A stretch of DNA of 62,354 nt, filler included, from Deltaproteobacteria bacterium (lineage in GTDB: Bacteria; JAEEML01), in the NCBI GenBank assembly GCA_016283195.1. It is 5 parts of 5 records of this genome, joined end to end, with 100 filler letters (N's around TTAATTAATTAA, not from the genome) between each part and the next. Parts side by side here need not be neighbours in the genome. Positions count along the whole stretch, not along the records: positions 23,795 to 41,366 come from JAEEML010000026.1; 4 more parts are not named here. One strand, written 5' to 3'. The notes beneath the pieces are model-generated. The model ran no database searches. It was given only the letters and a program-made list of their open reading frames with translations, and had not been told where the DNA came from. Position 1 is the first letter of the stretch. Each line of letters starts with the position of its first letter. Below, piece after piece: positions 27,223-37,333 of the stretch. Position numbers and translations under genes: made by a program.

Positions 27223-29007
27223 ATGAAAAAAATGCTAGCAGGTTTGGGATTCATCTTCTTATTAACCCAAGCCACCCCGCTTCAGGCCCAAGTTGCCGAT
27301 GCCTCTTCGGAAGAGGCAGAAGTAAAAGCCGCCGAAAACGATGCCGCAAGTGAGGCTCAAGAAGAGGCTCAAGAGCCTACGGCCGCAGAGACCCCGGCTG
27401 AGCCGGACACAGCCGACACCGAAGCCGAACTTGAAGCCATGGCCGCTGCTTCTTCAGCTGCCATAGCCGCCAAAGAAGAAAAAGACAGCATTGACGCCTT
27501 AACTGATAAAGAAGAAAAGAAAAAAGCCAAAATGACCTTTACCCAGTGGGCTCGCGACTTTTTGGATACCCGCGTCACCTTTGGCTTTGCCGATGATAAC
27601 GTTTTGGCCGGCCCGCAGGAGAGTAATCCTTCTTCGCCATCGGCACCGAACTTTACCCCTTCTAATTCCAACAACCTCTTCTTTGATAATTATGACACCA
27701 AAGACAGCGGCTTTGAAACTTTAACCCACCTGGCCGTTTATGCCAAAGATCCAGGCTTCTTCCGGCACTGGCAAACCGAAGCCGGCTTGGTCATTCGCGC
27801 CCAGATTAACGCCGAAGCCAATATCGCCCTCTCTGATGCCGGCTCCTTTATCCAGATTCACCGCTACCTGGCCAGGAGCGAAGGCAAGAAAAATAAAGAA
27901 GGCTTTACTCTGACTCTCTTTCCCATGAGCGCCGACCGCTTCCGCCTCGGTTACTCCTATGCCATCTCCTGGGGCGGCTCCAAGATCTTCCGCAATGCCG
28001 GTGCCGTACCCGGCCTGAAATTCCAATTTAATACCGACCGCATGTATGCCTTTTTGGGCTTTAAAACCGGCCTCACCCAGCAAGATATGGACGACGGCAC
28101 CAAAGAAAAAGATACCGTTTGGGGCATTTTAGCCGGCTTTGGTGTAGATATCATCCCCATGCTGCGCTTTGAGATGAACGGCGGTTTCTTTGACCGCGGC
28201 ACCATCGATAAACAAGAAGTGCGCACCGCTCCCTTCCAGGGCTTTGGCGGCAGTGCCCAACTGGCCTTCCATAAAGGTATGGATATCGGTACTTCCATCG
28301 ACTTCCGCCTTTACAAAAACGATCCCGATGTAGCTACCACCTTCTTTAAAGAAGAGCGCTATGCCGATACAGTCTCCGTGGAAGCCAAAACCGAATTCTC
28401 ACTCTTAGGGCAAACTTTGCAAAATCCGGAAAAGGCTTCAGCGACCGTCATCCAAAAAGCCAAAGCCTGGGATATCAATTTCAAATTAAAGAGCGGCTTT
28501 TTGCGCGTCCATGCCGATTTCCTTATGCGCGACCTCTCTTTCTTACTCTTTAATGTGCCTTCAAGCCCCTCTTATATGGATTTCCCCAGTGGTATCGAAC
28601 CGCACCCGGAAATTTTCTTTGCTGCCGGTTTTGATTACTATTTTGAAAAACCGCGCCTCACTCCCGGCCTCGTTTTGGGTATTCAGCGCCCGGCCAACTT
28701 CACCGGCAAAGCTAATACCGGTAACTTAACCAACAGCACTTTAGGTATTCAAACCTTTGTCTTCAGAAGCGACACCGATGTGGATATTCTTGATGCCAAC
28801 GACAAAGTGGGCATAGTTTTTGCCGCCAAAGCCACCCTAAAATGGGATCTTTCGCGCATTATTTCCAGTGCCTTTGAACTCCAATATAGTTATGACCCCA
28901 ACAAAACAACCTTTAAACAGGATGCCACCGGTATTGTAGCTCCCGAACGTGAACACTTATCTCCGCATATTTTGGGTTTCAATATACTGGTCAGAGCTAA
29001 ATTTTAA
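27223..29007 (+). CDS. Putative outer-membrane beta-barrel protein with acidic N-terminal extension
   Basis: Signal peptide, amphipathic alternating strands, C-terminal beta-signal-like GFNILVRAKF. Confidence 0.75.
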   Translation: MKKMLAGLGFIFLLTQATPLQAQVADASSEEAEVKAAENDAASEAQEEAQEPTAAETPAEPDTADTEAELEAMAAASSAAIAAKEEKDSIDALTDKEEKKKAKMTFTQWARDFLDTRVTFGFADDNVLAGPQESNPSSPSAPNFTPSNSNNLFFDNYDTKDSGFETLTHLAVYAKDPGFFRHWQTEAGLVIRAQINAEANIALSDAGSFIQIHRYLARSEGKKNKEGFTLTLFPMSADRFRLGYSYAISWGGSKIFRNAGAVPGLKFQFNTDRMYAFLGFKTGLTQQDMDDGTKEKDTVWGILAGFGVDIIPMLRFEMNGGFFDRGTIDKQEVRTAPFQGFGGSAQLAFHKGMDIGTSIDFRLYKNDPDVATTFFKEERYADTVSVEAKTEFSLLGQTLQNPEKASATVIQKAKAWDINFKLKSGFLRVHADFLMRDLSFLLFNVPSSPSYMDFPSGIEPHPEIFFAAGFDYYFEKPRLTPGLVLGIQRPANFTGKANTGNLTNSTLGIQTFVFRSDTDVDILDANDKVGIVFAAKATLKWDLSRIISSAFELQYSYDPNKTTFKQDATGIVAPEREHLSPHILGFNILVRAKF

Positions 29008-30734
29008 TGACTGATTCCACTACTCCTATTTCCAATACCGCAGAAAATAATAATGCCACTTATATAGCCCCCTGTCAGGGGCCGGCCGATAAGTGGACGG
29101 ATATGGAAAAACTATTTTTCAAGATCATGCTCTCGGAAGCCGGCCGGGAACTCATGGCCGCCGGCTATAATGAAGATGTCATCGTCTTTCACGAGCGCCC
29201 CAAAAAGCATACTAATATACTCATGCGCTATGATGAGGCCCGCCTCAAGGAAATGCAGGATTTTTTGCTGCACCACCTCGCGGCGGGGGGGGATCCGGCC
29301 ACTGTGGTGCTTTTAGGCGGTGAGAGCGAAAAAGCTGCCGCTTTTTTTGAGCTCCCCGATTCAGGCAAGGTGCGAAGAAAATTACAGTTTATCCATATTG
29401 ATGATAATCAAAAGCGCCATATTATAAGAGGAAAAGATGGCGGGCTGGCGGCCGCGGAAGCGCGTAATTTGAATTTACCGCCCCCGACGCTGGCCCAAAT
29501 AACCGCTTATCAACATCGCCTTTTTGTGGCCAAAGTGCGCTTTTTTGAAGAATGCCGCGCAGTGGCCCTTTTTCAAAATAGGCTGGCAAGCGTTACGCCC
29601 TGGGGCACTTATGCCATTTTAGCCATTTTGGCTATTTACGCCGCTTTAACTATGTTTCTCGGCGGTTTTGATAATACCCCCACGCTGGTGCGCCTGGGTG
29701 CCCTGGTGCCGGACAAAGTGCGGGCCGGCGAGTGGTGGCGTCTTGTCACCTGCGGCTTTTTGCATGGCGGGTTTATCCATCTTTTGGTTAATAGCTATGC
29801 CTTTTTTATCCTGGGCGGATTTTTGGAGCGCCTCCTGGGTAACTGGCGCTTTTTAGTCCTTTATTTTACGTCTCTACTGGCCGGCGCGCTCTCTTCCACC
29901 TTTTTTATGGATGGCGGGCTCAGTGTTGGGGCCTCCGGAGCCATTTGGGGGCTCATGGCCGCCGAAGCGGTGCTCATCTTTTTACCGCGCGGCCTCTTGC
30001 CGGAAATGGTGACCGATAACGCCAAAAGGAGCGTTATTTACTGCCTGGCCATCAACCTGCTCATCTCCTTTACGCCCTCCATTGACATGAGCGCGCACCT
30101 GGGCGGCGGTTTTGCCGGAGCCATTCTCATGGCCAGCGGCCTTTTGACTTACGGCCTGCCGCAAATCGGCCAAAGAGCCACACCCCACATGCAGTTTTCG
30201 GCCCGCCTGTACCAGATTTTGGGCGCTATAGTCACTGCTCTCGCGGCGGCAACTCTCCTCATTGCTCTGCAAGAAGGGCGGCCCTTCAGCCTGCACGAAT
30301 TGCCAAAACTGGTTAAAACCGAAGCCTTTGGCGCCGAGCTGCAATATCCGGCTTATCCCGGCAAAAAGCCAATTTTAGAAGCCGATAATGCCTTAAATTC
30401 CGGCGATTTACGCCAAGACCCGGCGGTATTTTCCTTAACTGTCTCTGACCTCCCGGCCGGGGGTAAAACAGAAATAGACGCCTATATGCAAACTCTGCTC
30501 TCAGAGATTATGCGTAACTCCAAGGGCGATAAAGATTTCCCCAAACCCCATGTGCGCTCCATTAACGGGCCAAAGCAGATTATTGAGCTCACTTTTAAGG
30601 GCCGCTACACTATAAAACGCTACTTTTGGCCGGCCTGCGGCCACCTCTGGCGCCTCGATATGATGGTGTGGCCAATCTATGAGCAAGACTTTAGAGGCCT
30701 TCCCGAGCGCATTATAAATGCAACCTGCAAATAA
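29007..30734 (+). CDS. Rhomboid family intramembrane serine protease with soluble N- and C-terminal domains
   Basis: EWWRLVT, FLHGGFIHLLVN, GASGA and AHLGG. Confidence 0.93.
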   Translation: MTDSTTPISNTAENNNATYIAPCQGPADKWTDMEKLFFKIMLSEAGRELMAAGYNEDVIVFHERPKKHTNILMRYDEARLKEMQDFLLHHLAAGGDPATVVLLGGESEKAAAFFELPDSGKVRRKLQFIHIDDNQKRHIIRGKDGGLAAAEARNLNLPPPTLAQITAYQHRLFVAKVRFFEECRAVALFQNRLASVTPWGTYAILAILAIYAALTMFLGGFDNTPTLVRLGALVPDKVRAGEWWRLVTCGFLHGGFIHLLVNSYAFFILGGFLERLLGNWRFLVLYFTSLLAGALSSTFFMDGGLSVGASGAIWGLMAAEAVLIFLPRGLLPEMVTDNAKRSVIYCLAINLLISFTPSIDMSAHLGGGFAGAILMASGLLTYGLPQIGQRATPHMQFSARLYQILGAIVTALAAATLLIALQEGRPFSLHELPKLVKTEAFGAELQYPAYPGKKPILEADNALNSGDLRQDPAVFSLTVSDLPAGGKTEIDAYMQTLLSEIMRNSKGDKDFPKPHVRSINGPKQIIELTFKGRYTIKRYFWPACGHLWRLDMMVWPIYEQDFRGLPERIINATCK

Positions 30735-30748
30735 TTTTATAATTTTAG

Positions 30749-31117
30749 CTAGTTGGTAGGAAGTGCCAGCTGCCAGGCCGGCTCCGGCAAACGCCCCAGA
30801 GCAGTGTGCTCTTTTTGTGCACTAAGGCGGCGATAATTATAGTTTTTTTGCCATGGATGGCTAAGTTCCTCCTTGGTAATAAAGCCGTTTTCATAAAGAG
30901 CCTTAAGCTCTGCCGGATATTCGCCAAAGGTTAAATAGTAAGCCTCAAGAGCCTCAGCTAAAACAGTCAGGCGCTCTCTACTTAGAGATTCTTCCAAAAA
31001 TGTCTCGCTATATGCCCTAAAAGCGGCTCTATTTTCCGCCTTTTCACAAGCCGGCATAAAGAGCATATTAAGCAAAAATAAGCCGCAAAACCCCATTTTT
31101 AAAATGCTGTTTCTCAT
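30749..31117 (-). CDS. Small exported protein with GspG/pseudopilin-like C-terminal domain
   Basis: ALEAYYLTFGEYPAELKAL...HPWQKNYNY resembles the T2SS-G domain. Signal or lipobox-like MPAC. ATGA overlap with the upstream gene. Confidence 0.6.
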   Translation of the reverse strand: MRNSILKMGFCGLFLLNMLFMPACEKAENRAAFRAYSETFLEESLSRERLTVLAEALEAYYLTFGEYPAELKALYENGFITKEELSHPWQKNYNYRRLSAQKEHTALGRLPEPAWQLALPTN

Positions 31118-33105
31118 TTTTCCGCCTCCAGACAGCTGCCGCGGATACCCACAATAAGAGTTATTAAAAGAATAAGAATACCGCTTACTTTTAAAAAGAA
31201 GAGACCGCCGGCGGCAATCATAAACGGCAAGTCTATAAAGTTAAAGCCGAGCGCCAAATTTATAATGGCCAGTGTATAAAGCAAAAGATAGATAAGAGAG
31301 CGCTTGCGACCGGTAAAAAACAAAGTGGCCGGCGGAAAGACAAACGCTAAAATTTTTAAAAAGTGTCGCATAAGTTTCTGGCGCTTAAAATAAGAAACAG
31401 TAAACCATCTTTTAGGTTTAACCTCTGGATTTTTAAGGCCGTTTTGCCGATAAGCCTCCTCTTGATAACAATCATAACAAAGCTCCCGGTGAATCATACG
31501 CGGGTGGCAACGCCGGCAAACCGGGCGGCCGCAGCGTTTGCATTTAGTGGGAGCTTCGCGGCGCACAAAAGAGGTATAGGCAAAGAGGATAAGCCACAAT
31601 AAAGCACTGAAAATCATATAATTAGCTCGCGGCAAGGGCGATAATTGCTGCCAAATCTGCGGCGCTAAATATTCTTTGTTATAATGCGCATAGTCGCTAT
31701 GAGCGCTAAAAAAAGACTTCTCGTATGGCGGGTAAGCCATATAAAGCTCCTCATATTTGGCTGCAATATCACTTAGTTTTACCGTTTCGGCAGTATTTAA
31801 AGCGCTGGCCTGTTGCAAATAAAGCGCGGCCTCGCTGGTCTTTATATTGGCATAATAAAGGCGTACTAAATCAAAATAAGCCGTTAAATTATCACCATTT
31901 AGTTGTATGGCCGTTTCTAAGCTGTGTTTGGCGCCAGCAAAATCATCGAGCAATTTTGCGGCAATAGCCACCCCAACCGCCGCATCGGAGGCCAAAGCCG
32001 GCTTAGTCCCTGCGAGTTCCAAATAGCGCCGGGCATGTTCATAACTGGCCTTCAAGGTTAGATTAGCCAAGTTACCTGATTTTAAGGCTTTTAGCCCGAG
32101 CACATAAAGTTCCTCTGGGCTAAAAACGGTTGCCGGATCTTCACCTTTTTCCCGACTTTTCAGCTCCCTGGCCAAAAGTCTGTTATTGTGCGGTGAGGCC
32201 ATAGGATCCATAGCCACCATGTATAAATCGAAGTCTCTGCTACCGACAGCATTAAGCGGGGCCACAAGGCGGGGCATGAGGAGAGAAAAAAGAAGCATTA
32301 TTGCTAATAATATCGAATAGATAAAGCGTTCATAGCCACTCATTACCACCCAAATAAGCGCCCCATAGAGCAGCAAATACCATGGCCAGCCCAGCTTAAA
32401 AAGCGGCGGCAGAATAAGAAGCACAAGAAAAACAAGCAGCACTAAAAGAGGGGAAGTTCCGCTAGGGAAAAGATGGCCAAATTCGTGAATTATAAGGCGA
32501 AAACGGTGCATATATGTAAGCAGGAGGAAAAACAGACTAAAAATGAAGAAAAAGCGGAGGGCAATCATGAGCATATTGCCCTTAAAATGGTTACTCTCGC
32601 GCCAATCGGCAAATTGCAAAGCCAAAACGGAGGCTAATTCTTCTAAATAAACCGGCGGATTTAAAAAGTGATTTTTTACATTAAAAAGAAAGAGCGCCAG
32701 GTGATTTTCAATATCATCGGGGGCCAGTTCTTTGGCTTTTTGCAGATATTTTTCGGCCAGTAGCGTATCGTTGCGCTTTTCTGCTTTAGTTGCCTCCTGG
32801 CGCAAAACCCGCCCAAGAGCAAAAACATCGGCCCAACCGGCGAGCTCTTTCATGGCCAGAGCTTTATCAATAAGTTGGTCGGCGGCTTCATCTTTACTCT
32901 TTTGCATTAAAAAGCGCCGCTCCTCCCAAAGGCGCTCAAAATCCTGCCAGGAATAGCTGCTGCTTTTGAGGGCAAAAACGTTTTTTTTGCCCACCGCGGA
33001 ATTTTCTTCCTGAGCCCGGGCTACAGCGGGAAGAAGAGCTAAAAAGCTGCAAATTATTAGCGAGAGAAATGTTTTTGTCTTATTCGTCATAGTATGATTT
33101 CCCAT
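31114..33105 (-). CDS. TPR-containing multi-pass membrane protein with Cys-rich Zn finger
   Basis: Signal peptide, TPR-like helices, TM clusters, CKRCGRPVCRRC...LCYDC. Start could be 33123, 33105 or 33090. Confidence 0.8.
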   Translation of the reverse strand: MGNHTMTNKTKTFLSLIICSFLALLPAVARAQEENSAVGKKNVFALKSSSYSWQDFERLWEERRFLMQKSKDEAADQLIDKALAMKELAGWADVFALGRVLRQEATKAEKRNDTLLAEKYLQKAKELAPDDIENHLALFLFNVKNHFLNPPVYLEELASVLALQFADWRESNHFKGNMLMIALRFFFIFSLFFLLLTYMHRFRLIIHEFGHLFPSGTSPLLVLLVFLVLLILPPLFKLGWPWYLLLYGALIWVVMSGYERFIYSILLAIMLLFSLLMPRLVAPLNAVGSRDFDLYMVAMDPMASPHNNRLLARELKSREKGEDPATVFSPEELYVLGLKALKSGNLANLTLKASYEHARRYLELAGTKPALASDAAVGVAIAAKLLDDFAGAKHSLETAIQLNGDNLTAYFDLVRLYYANIKTSEAALYLQQASALNTAETVKLSDIAAKYEELYMAYPPYEKSFFSAHSDYAHYNKEYLAPQIWQQLSPLPRANYMIFSALLWLILFAYTSFVRREAPTKCKRCGRPVCRRCHPRMIHRELCYDCYQEEAYRQNGLKNPEVKPKRWFTVSYFKRQKLMRHFLKILAFVFPPATLFFTGRKRSLIYLLLYTLAIINLALGFNFIDLPFMIAAGGLFFLKVSGILILLITLIVGIRGSCLEAEK

Positions 33106-33109
33106 AAAT

Positions 33110-33841
33110 TCACGCAGATACACATCTATTCACAAAACTTTTTATCACCGGCAAATCGGCGGCAAAAAAGCTCTCCACCGAGCCGTTAAAATATAATTTT
33201 GTCTCGTACAAAAAAGAGACAGCTGTAGCAATATTTTTAACTGAAGTCATATCATGACTCACTACTACCGCCGTAACATTATGCTCTTTGGCCAGGCGGC
33301 TTATTAAGGCATCGATATGGCGGGCAATTTTGGGCGAAAGTCCGGTAGTCGGCTCATCATAGAGAATATAGCGCGGTTTAAGAGCCATGGCCCTGGCAAT
33401 AGCCACCCGCTTTTGCACCCCGCTACCCACCTGCGCCGGAAGCTCATCGGCCACCTTTTCACAATCTACCATTTCCAGGTATTTTATGGCCTTTTGTGCC
33501 GCCTCTTTGCGGCTCATCTTAAAGCGCTTGCGCATGGGCATAGCCACATTCTCCGCCAGGGAGAGTGAATCAAAAAGATTGGCATGTTGAAAAACCATCT
33601 GGCACCGCTCACGCACCGGGCTTAATTTATCTTCATTTAGAGCCGAAACTTCCATTTCATCAACAAAACACTTACCTTTATCCGGCTTTAAAAGGCCGAT
33701 GGCATGGCGGATAAGCACACTTTTGCCCGCTCCGCTAAAGCCCACAATAAAATGCACGCCACCTTCGGGAATGGTGAGCGAAAAATCATCTAAAACCTTT
33801 TTCGCCCCAAAAGCTTTGCACACATGAGAAAAAACAATCAT
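33110..33841 (-). CDS. ABC transporter ATP-binding protein, MlaF/Ttg2A-like
   Basis: Walker A GFSGAGKS, VFQHANLFDS, ILYDEPTTGL, VSHD. Signature motif is divergent (VGSGV). Confidence 0.85.
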   Translation of the reverse strand: MIVFSHVCKAFGAKKVLDDFSLTIPEGGVHFIVGFSGAGKSVLIRHAIGLLKPDKGKCFVDEMEVSALNEDKLSPVRERCQMVFQHANLFDSLSLAENVAMPMRKRFKMSRKEAAQKAIKYLEMVDCEKVADELPAQVGSGVQKRVAIARAMALKPRYILYDEPTTGLSPKIARHIDALISRLAKEHNVTAVVVSHDMTSVKNIATAVSFLYETKLYFNGSVESFFAADLPVIKSFVNRCVSA

Positions 33842-33980
33842 CAGTAAGCCTATACGGCCAAGTAAGGCCAAGCGCATACTATGATAATTTTTTGGGAAAT
33901 TACAGTGCTATTTTTTAAAGCTCTTAACCTCTACATCGCCCGCCTGCTTGCTACTCGGAAATAGCCGGGCTTAAGAGTAA

Positions 33981-34301
33981 TTATTTATTTCCCGATAGTT
34001 TTAGGCCTATTATGCCGATAGCTATCAAGAGCACACAGATAATTTGCGAAACCGAGAGCTCTTCTTTAAATAAAAACACCCCCAGAACCGATGTTCCCAT
34101 TATCCCAAAGCCTGTCCACATGGCATAGGCTGTGCCGAGAGGCAATTTTTTTAGGGCCATAGCCAAAAAGAGAGCGCTGGCAATATAAGCGCCGAAAGTT
34201 ATTATAGAGGGTACCACTTTAGTAAACCCGGCCGACCATTTCATGGCCAAAGCCCAAGTTACTTCCAAAATAGCCGCTATAGCGAGCATAAACCATTCCA
34301 T
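33981..34301 (-). CDS. sugE: SMR family transporter, Gdx/SugE-like
   Basis: 106 aa, four TM. Membrane Glu in ILEVTWA, SAGFTK, LPLGTAYAMWTGFG. Confidence 0.85.
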   Translation of the reverse strand: MEWFMLAIAAILEVTWALAMKWSAGFTKVVPSIITFGAYIASALFLAMALKKLPLGTAYAMWTGFGIMGTSVLGVFLFKEELSVSQIICVLLIAIGIIGLKLSGNK

Positions 34302-34507
34302 TTTGCACCTTTTCCCTGGCCCAGAGGCCCAAAACCAAGCCCACATACTATGGCAAATTTTTATAAAATTGTAGGAGAACTTTTAGGCAGCTGCCAAGGG
34401 CAGTAACAAGGCCCTATATAGTTGAACCTTGCCCTTAATAGGCAACTTTAGTAAAAGGCTAAGAGCTGCCCGGCAGGCCGGCGTTGCCGCACAAGAAAGC
34501 CTTATGG

Positions 34508-37297
34508 ATGAGCGAAGAACAGAGCAAAAATTTTATCGATAGCTGGCTGACCCGTGACCACAAAGAGTGTGAAACTGCGCTATTTTGGGTTTCTCTGCTC
34601 CAGGATGTGTTAGAAATTGACCGCCCGGCCGACTATCTGCAATTTGCTAAACCGCTGCCGCTATTGCCAAAGTGTTATATAGATGTTTACCTGCCCAAGG
34701 CCGAGGTTTTGGTGGCCATGCAAAACGCCGGCTGCGATCTGGATAAAGAGCAAGCAAGAGCCGACGGTTTTGTTACAACGCCCTATGGCCGGGCTTTAAG
34801 GTATGCCGCGGCCTTACCTCCAGAAGAAAAGCCAAGATATATAATTACTTGTAATTTCAAAGAGTTTAGAATTTATAATCAAGAAGATCCACCAAAGCCG
34901 CCGGTGGTTATCAAATTGGCGAATCTCACTAAAGAGGCCTATAAGTTAAATTTTATTACCGATGCCCATAAAGCGGCGCTGCGTCATGAATTTGCTTTGT
35001 CCATAAAAGCGGGCGAAATTGTCGGCGCTTTATATAAAGGCTTTTTAGAAGAATATCGCCAGCCGGAAGCAGAAAAAACGCTGAAAAGTTTAAATATTCT
35101 TTGCGTACGCTTGGTTTTTTGTCTTTTTGCCGAAAAGGCCGGGATTTTTGGCAAAAAAGGCCTATTTCTCAATTATCTTCAAAGCTTTGCTGCCTCTGGT
35201 ATGCAGCGGGCATTACTGGCTCTATTCAAAACTTTGGCGACAAAAGAGCCAGATCGCGCTCCTGATATTGATAAAAAGCTGGCGGCTTTTCCACATATTA
35301 AGGGCGGCCTTTTTACCGAAGAGAAGATTGAAATTCCAATTTTTAGCGAAAAGCTGAAAAGTTTATTATTAAATAAGGCAGCCGCCGATTTTGACTGGTC
35401 TGGTATTTCTCCGACAATTTTTGGGGCAATTTTTGAAAGCACTTTAAACCGCAAGACGCGCCAAAATAATGGTATGCACTATACGGCGCCGGAAAATATC
35501 CACAAGGTAATAGGTCCCTTATTTCTTAATGACCTCAAAGCCGAACTAGCTGAAATCAGGCTAATAAAACAAGCTGATACGCGCCGGAAGCGTTTAAAAA
35601 ATTTTAGAACAAAACTGGCAAATTTGACATTTTTGGATCCGGCCTGCGGTGCCGGCAATTTTTTAACCGCAGCCTATTTGTCACTAAGAGAGCTGGAAAA
35701 CGAAACTCTTTTGCTTATGCCGATTAAGCAAATTAAATCAGCCGATAAAGCTATTATTCAAGTAAAAACTACGCAGTTTTACGGTATTGAAATCAATAGT
35801 TTTGCCGTTAGCGTTGCCCGCACCGCGCTCTTAATTGCCGAAAACCAAATGCTGAACAAAACCAGGGCTATCGTTCATAACCATTTGGATTTTCTGACAT
35901 TATCAAGTTTATCAAATATTATTCATGGCAATGCTTTAAGAATGAATTGGAATAATGTAGTGCCCAAAGATAAAATTAATTATATCATTGGCAATCCGCC
36001 GTTTATAGGAAAAAGCTATCAAACAAATGAACAAAAAAAAGATTTACAAATAGTTTTTAAGGGAATTAATGGTTTCGGCAACCTTGATTATGTTACATGC
36101 TGGTATAAAAAAGCGGCCGATTTTATGGAGAAAAGTAATATCAGGGCCGCTTTGGTTTCTACTAATTCTATTTGCCAGGGAATTGCTGTTTATCCTTTAT
36201 GGAATTATTTGCAAGCCAAGGGAATAATTATTAATTTTGCCTATAAAAGTTTTCGCTGGAATAGTGAAGCCAGTGCTGTAGCCAGGGTTCATTGTGTTAT
36301 TATCGGCTTTAGTTATAAAAAATATCAATATGCTGAACTTGTTGATAGCCAGGGGGAAAAAAAGAGAGTTCAAAATATTAACGCCTATCTTTTGGCTTTG
36401 CCCAATATTATTGTCAAACAGCGAGAGCAGCCTTTTTATAATGATTTACCGCCAATGACTGTTGGCTCTTGCCCCACAGACGGCGGCGGATTTATTTTTA
36501 CCGCCGGCGAATATCAGGATTTCATAAAAAAAGAGCCACAGGCCAAGAAATTTTTTCATCAGTATATCGGTTCGCAGGAGTTTTTACACGGGAAAAGCCG
36601 TTATTGCTTATGGTTAAAAGATATAAAACCCAGCGAAATTCAAAACTTGCCGCTCATAAAGGAAAGAATTTCTATTGTGCAAAACAGTAGATTAAAAAGC
36701 AACAAAAAGGCCACCAGAGATAAAGCTTCATCGCCGACACTATTTGCCGAAGACCGCTACATTCCTGCCCGCTCATTATTTATTCCTATGCGCTCATCGG
36801 AACTTAGAGCTTATATTCCGATGGGCTTTATTGATGCTAAGGTAATAGCCAGTAATTTGGGCTCGGTTATTCCCCATGCCGACTTATACCATTTTGGCAT
36901 ATTAACAAGCCATATCCACATGGTTTGGGTGGCCTATGTCGGTTGCCGCCTGGAGACTCGTTTAAGCTACGGCCCCAAAGTGATATACAACACCTTTCCC
37001 TGGCCGCAAATAGCTGAAAAAGCCAAAGAAATTATAAGAGAAAGTGCAAAAAAAATTTTAGCTGTTAGAAGCAAATATTCTCAAAATACTTATCATACTC
37101 TTTACACCAATAAATTTATGCCGCCGGACCTACGCGCCGCCCACCAAGAAAATGACAGAGCCGTAAGCTTAGCCTACGGCCTGGCGGAAAAGGCCACAGA
37201 TGAGGAGATATTTGCAGCTCTTTTGCTTAAATATCAGGAGCTAGAGGATAAAGAAGCCGCTATAGAAGCCGAAAAGAAAAAGCCTTTCACCATTTAG
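34508..37297 (+). CDS. MmeI-like type IIL restriction-modification enzyme (N6-adenine MTase) with degenerate nuclease motif
   Basis: FDWSGISPTIFGAIFE, GMHYT, motif I LDPACGAGNFL, motif IV GNPPF, C-terminal YNTFPWP and LRAAHQENDRAV. Confidence 0.9.
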   Translation: MSEEQSKNFIDSWLTRDHKECETALFWVSLLQDVLEIDRPADYLQFAKPLPLLPKCYIDVYLPKAEVLVAMQNAGCDLDKEQARADGFVTTPYGRALRYAAALPPEEKPRYIITCNFKEFRIYNQEDPPKPPVVIKLANLTKEAYKLNFITDAHKAALRHEFALSIKAGEIVGALYKGFLEEYRQPEAEKTLKSLNILCVRLVFCLFAEKAGIFGKKGLFLNYLQSFAASGMQRALLALFKTLATKEPDRAPDIDKKLAAFPHIKGGLFTEEKIEIPIFSEKLKSLLLNKAAADFDWSGISPTIFGAIFESTLNRKTRQNNGMHYTAPENIHKVIGPLFLNDLKAELAEIRLIKQADTRRKRLKNFRTKLANLTFLDPACGAGNFLTAAYLSLRELENETLLLMPIKQIKSADKAIIQVKTTQFYGIEINSFAVSVARTALLIAENQMLNKTRAIVHNHLDFLTLSSLSNIIHGNALRMNWNNVVPKDKINYIIGNPPFIGKSYQTNEQKKDLQIVFKGINGFGNLDYVTCWYKKAADFMEKSNIRAALVSTNSICQGIAVYPLWNYLQAKGIIINFAYKSFRWNSEASAVARVHCVIIGFSYKKYQYAELVDSQGEKKRVQNINAYLLALPNIIVKQREQPFYNDLPPMTVGSCPTDGGGFIFTAGEYQDFIKKEPQAKKFFHQYIGSQEFLHGKSRYCLWLKDIKPSEIQNLPLIKERISIVQNSRLKSNKKATRDKASSPTLFAEDRYIPARSLFIPMRSSELRAYIPMGFIDAKVIASNLGSVIPHADLYHFGILTSHIHMVWVAYVGCRLETRLSYGPKVIYNTFPWPQIAEKAKEIIRESAKKILAVRSKYSQNTYHTLYTNKFMPPDLRAAHQENDRAVSLAYGLAEKATDEEIFAALLLKYQELEDKEAAIEAEKKKPFTI

Positions 37298-37333
37298 TGC
37301 GGCTTGCTATAAAGAAGCCGGAGGTTTTTTAAA

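Noticed and set aside
34302-34480. Guanidine riboswitch upstream of the sugE/gdx-like gene
   Set aside because: No ACGR-loop hairpins or other ykkC-type motifs were recognisable on the minus strand.
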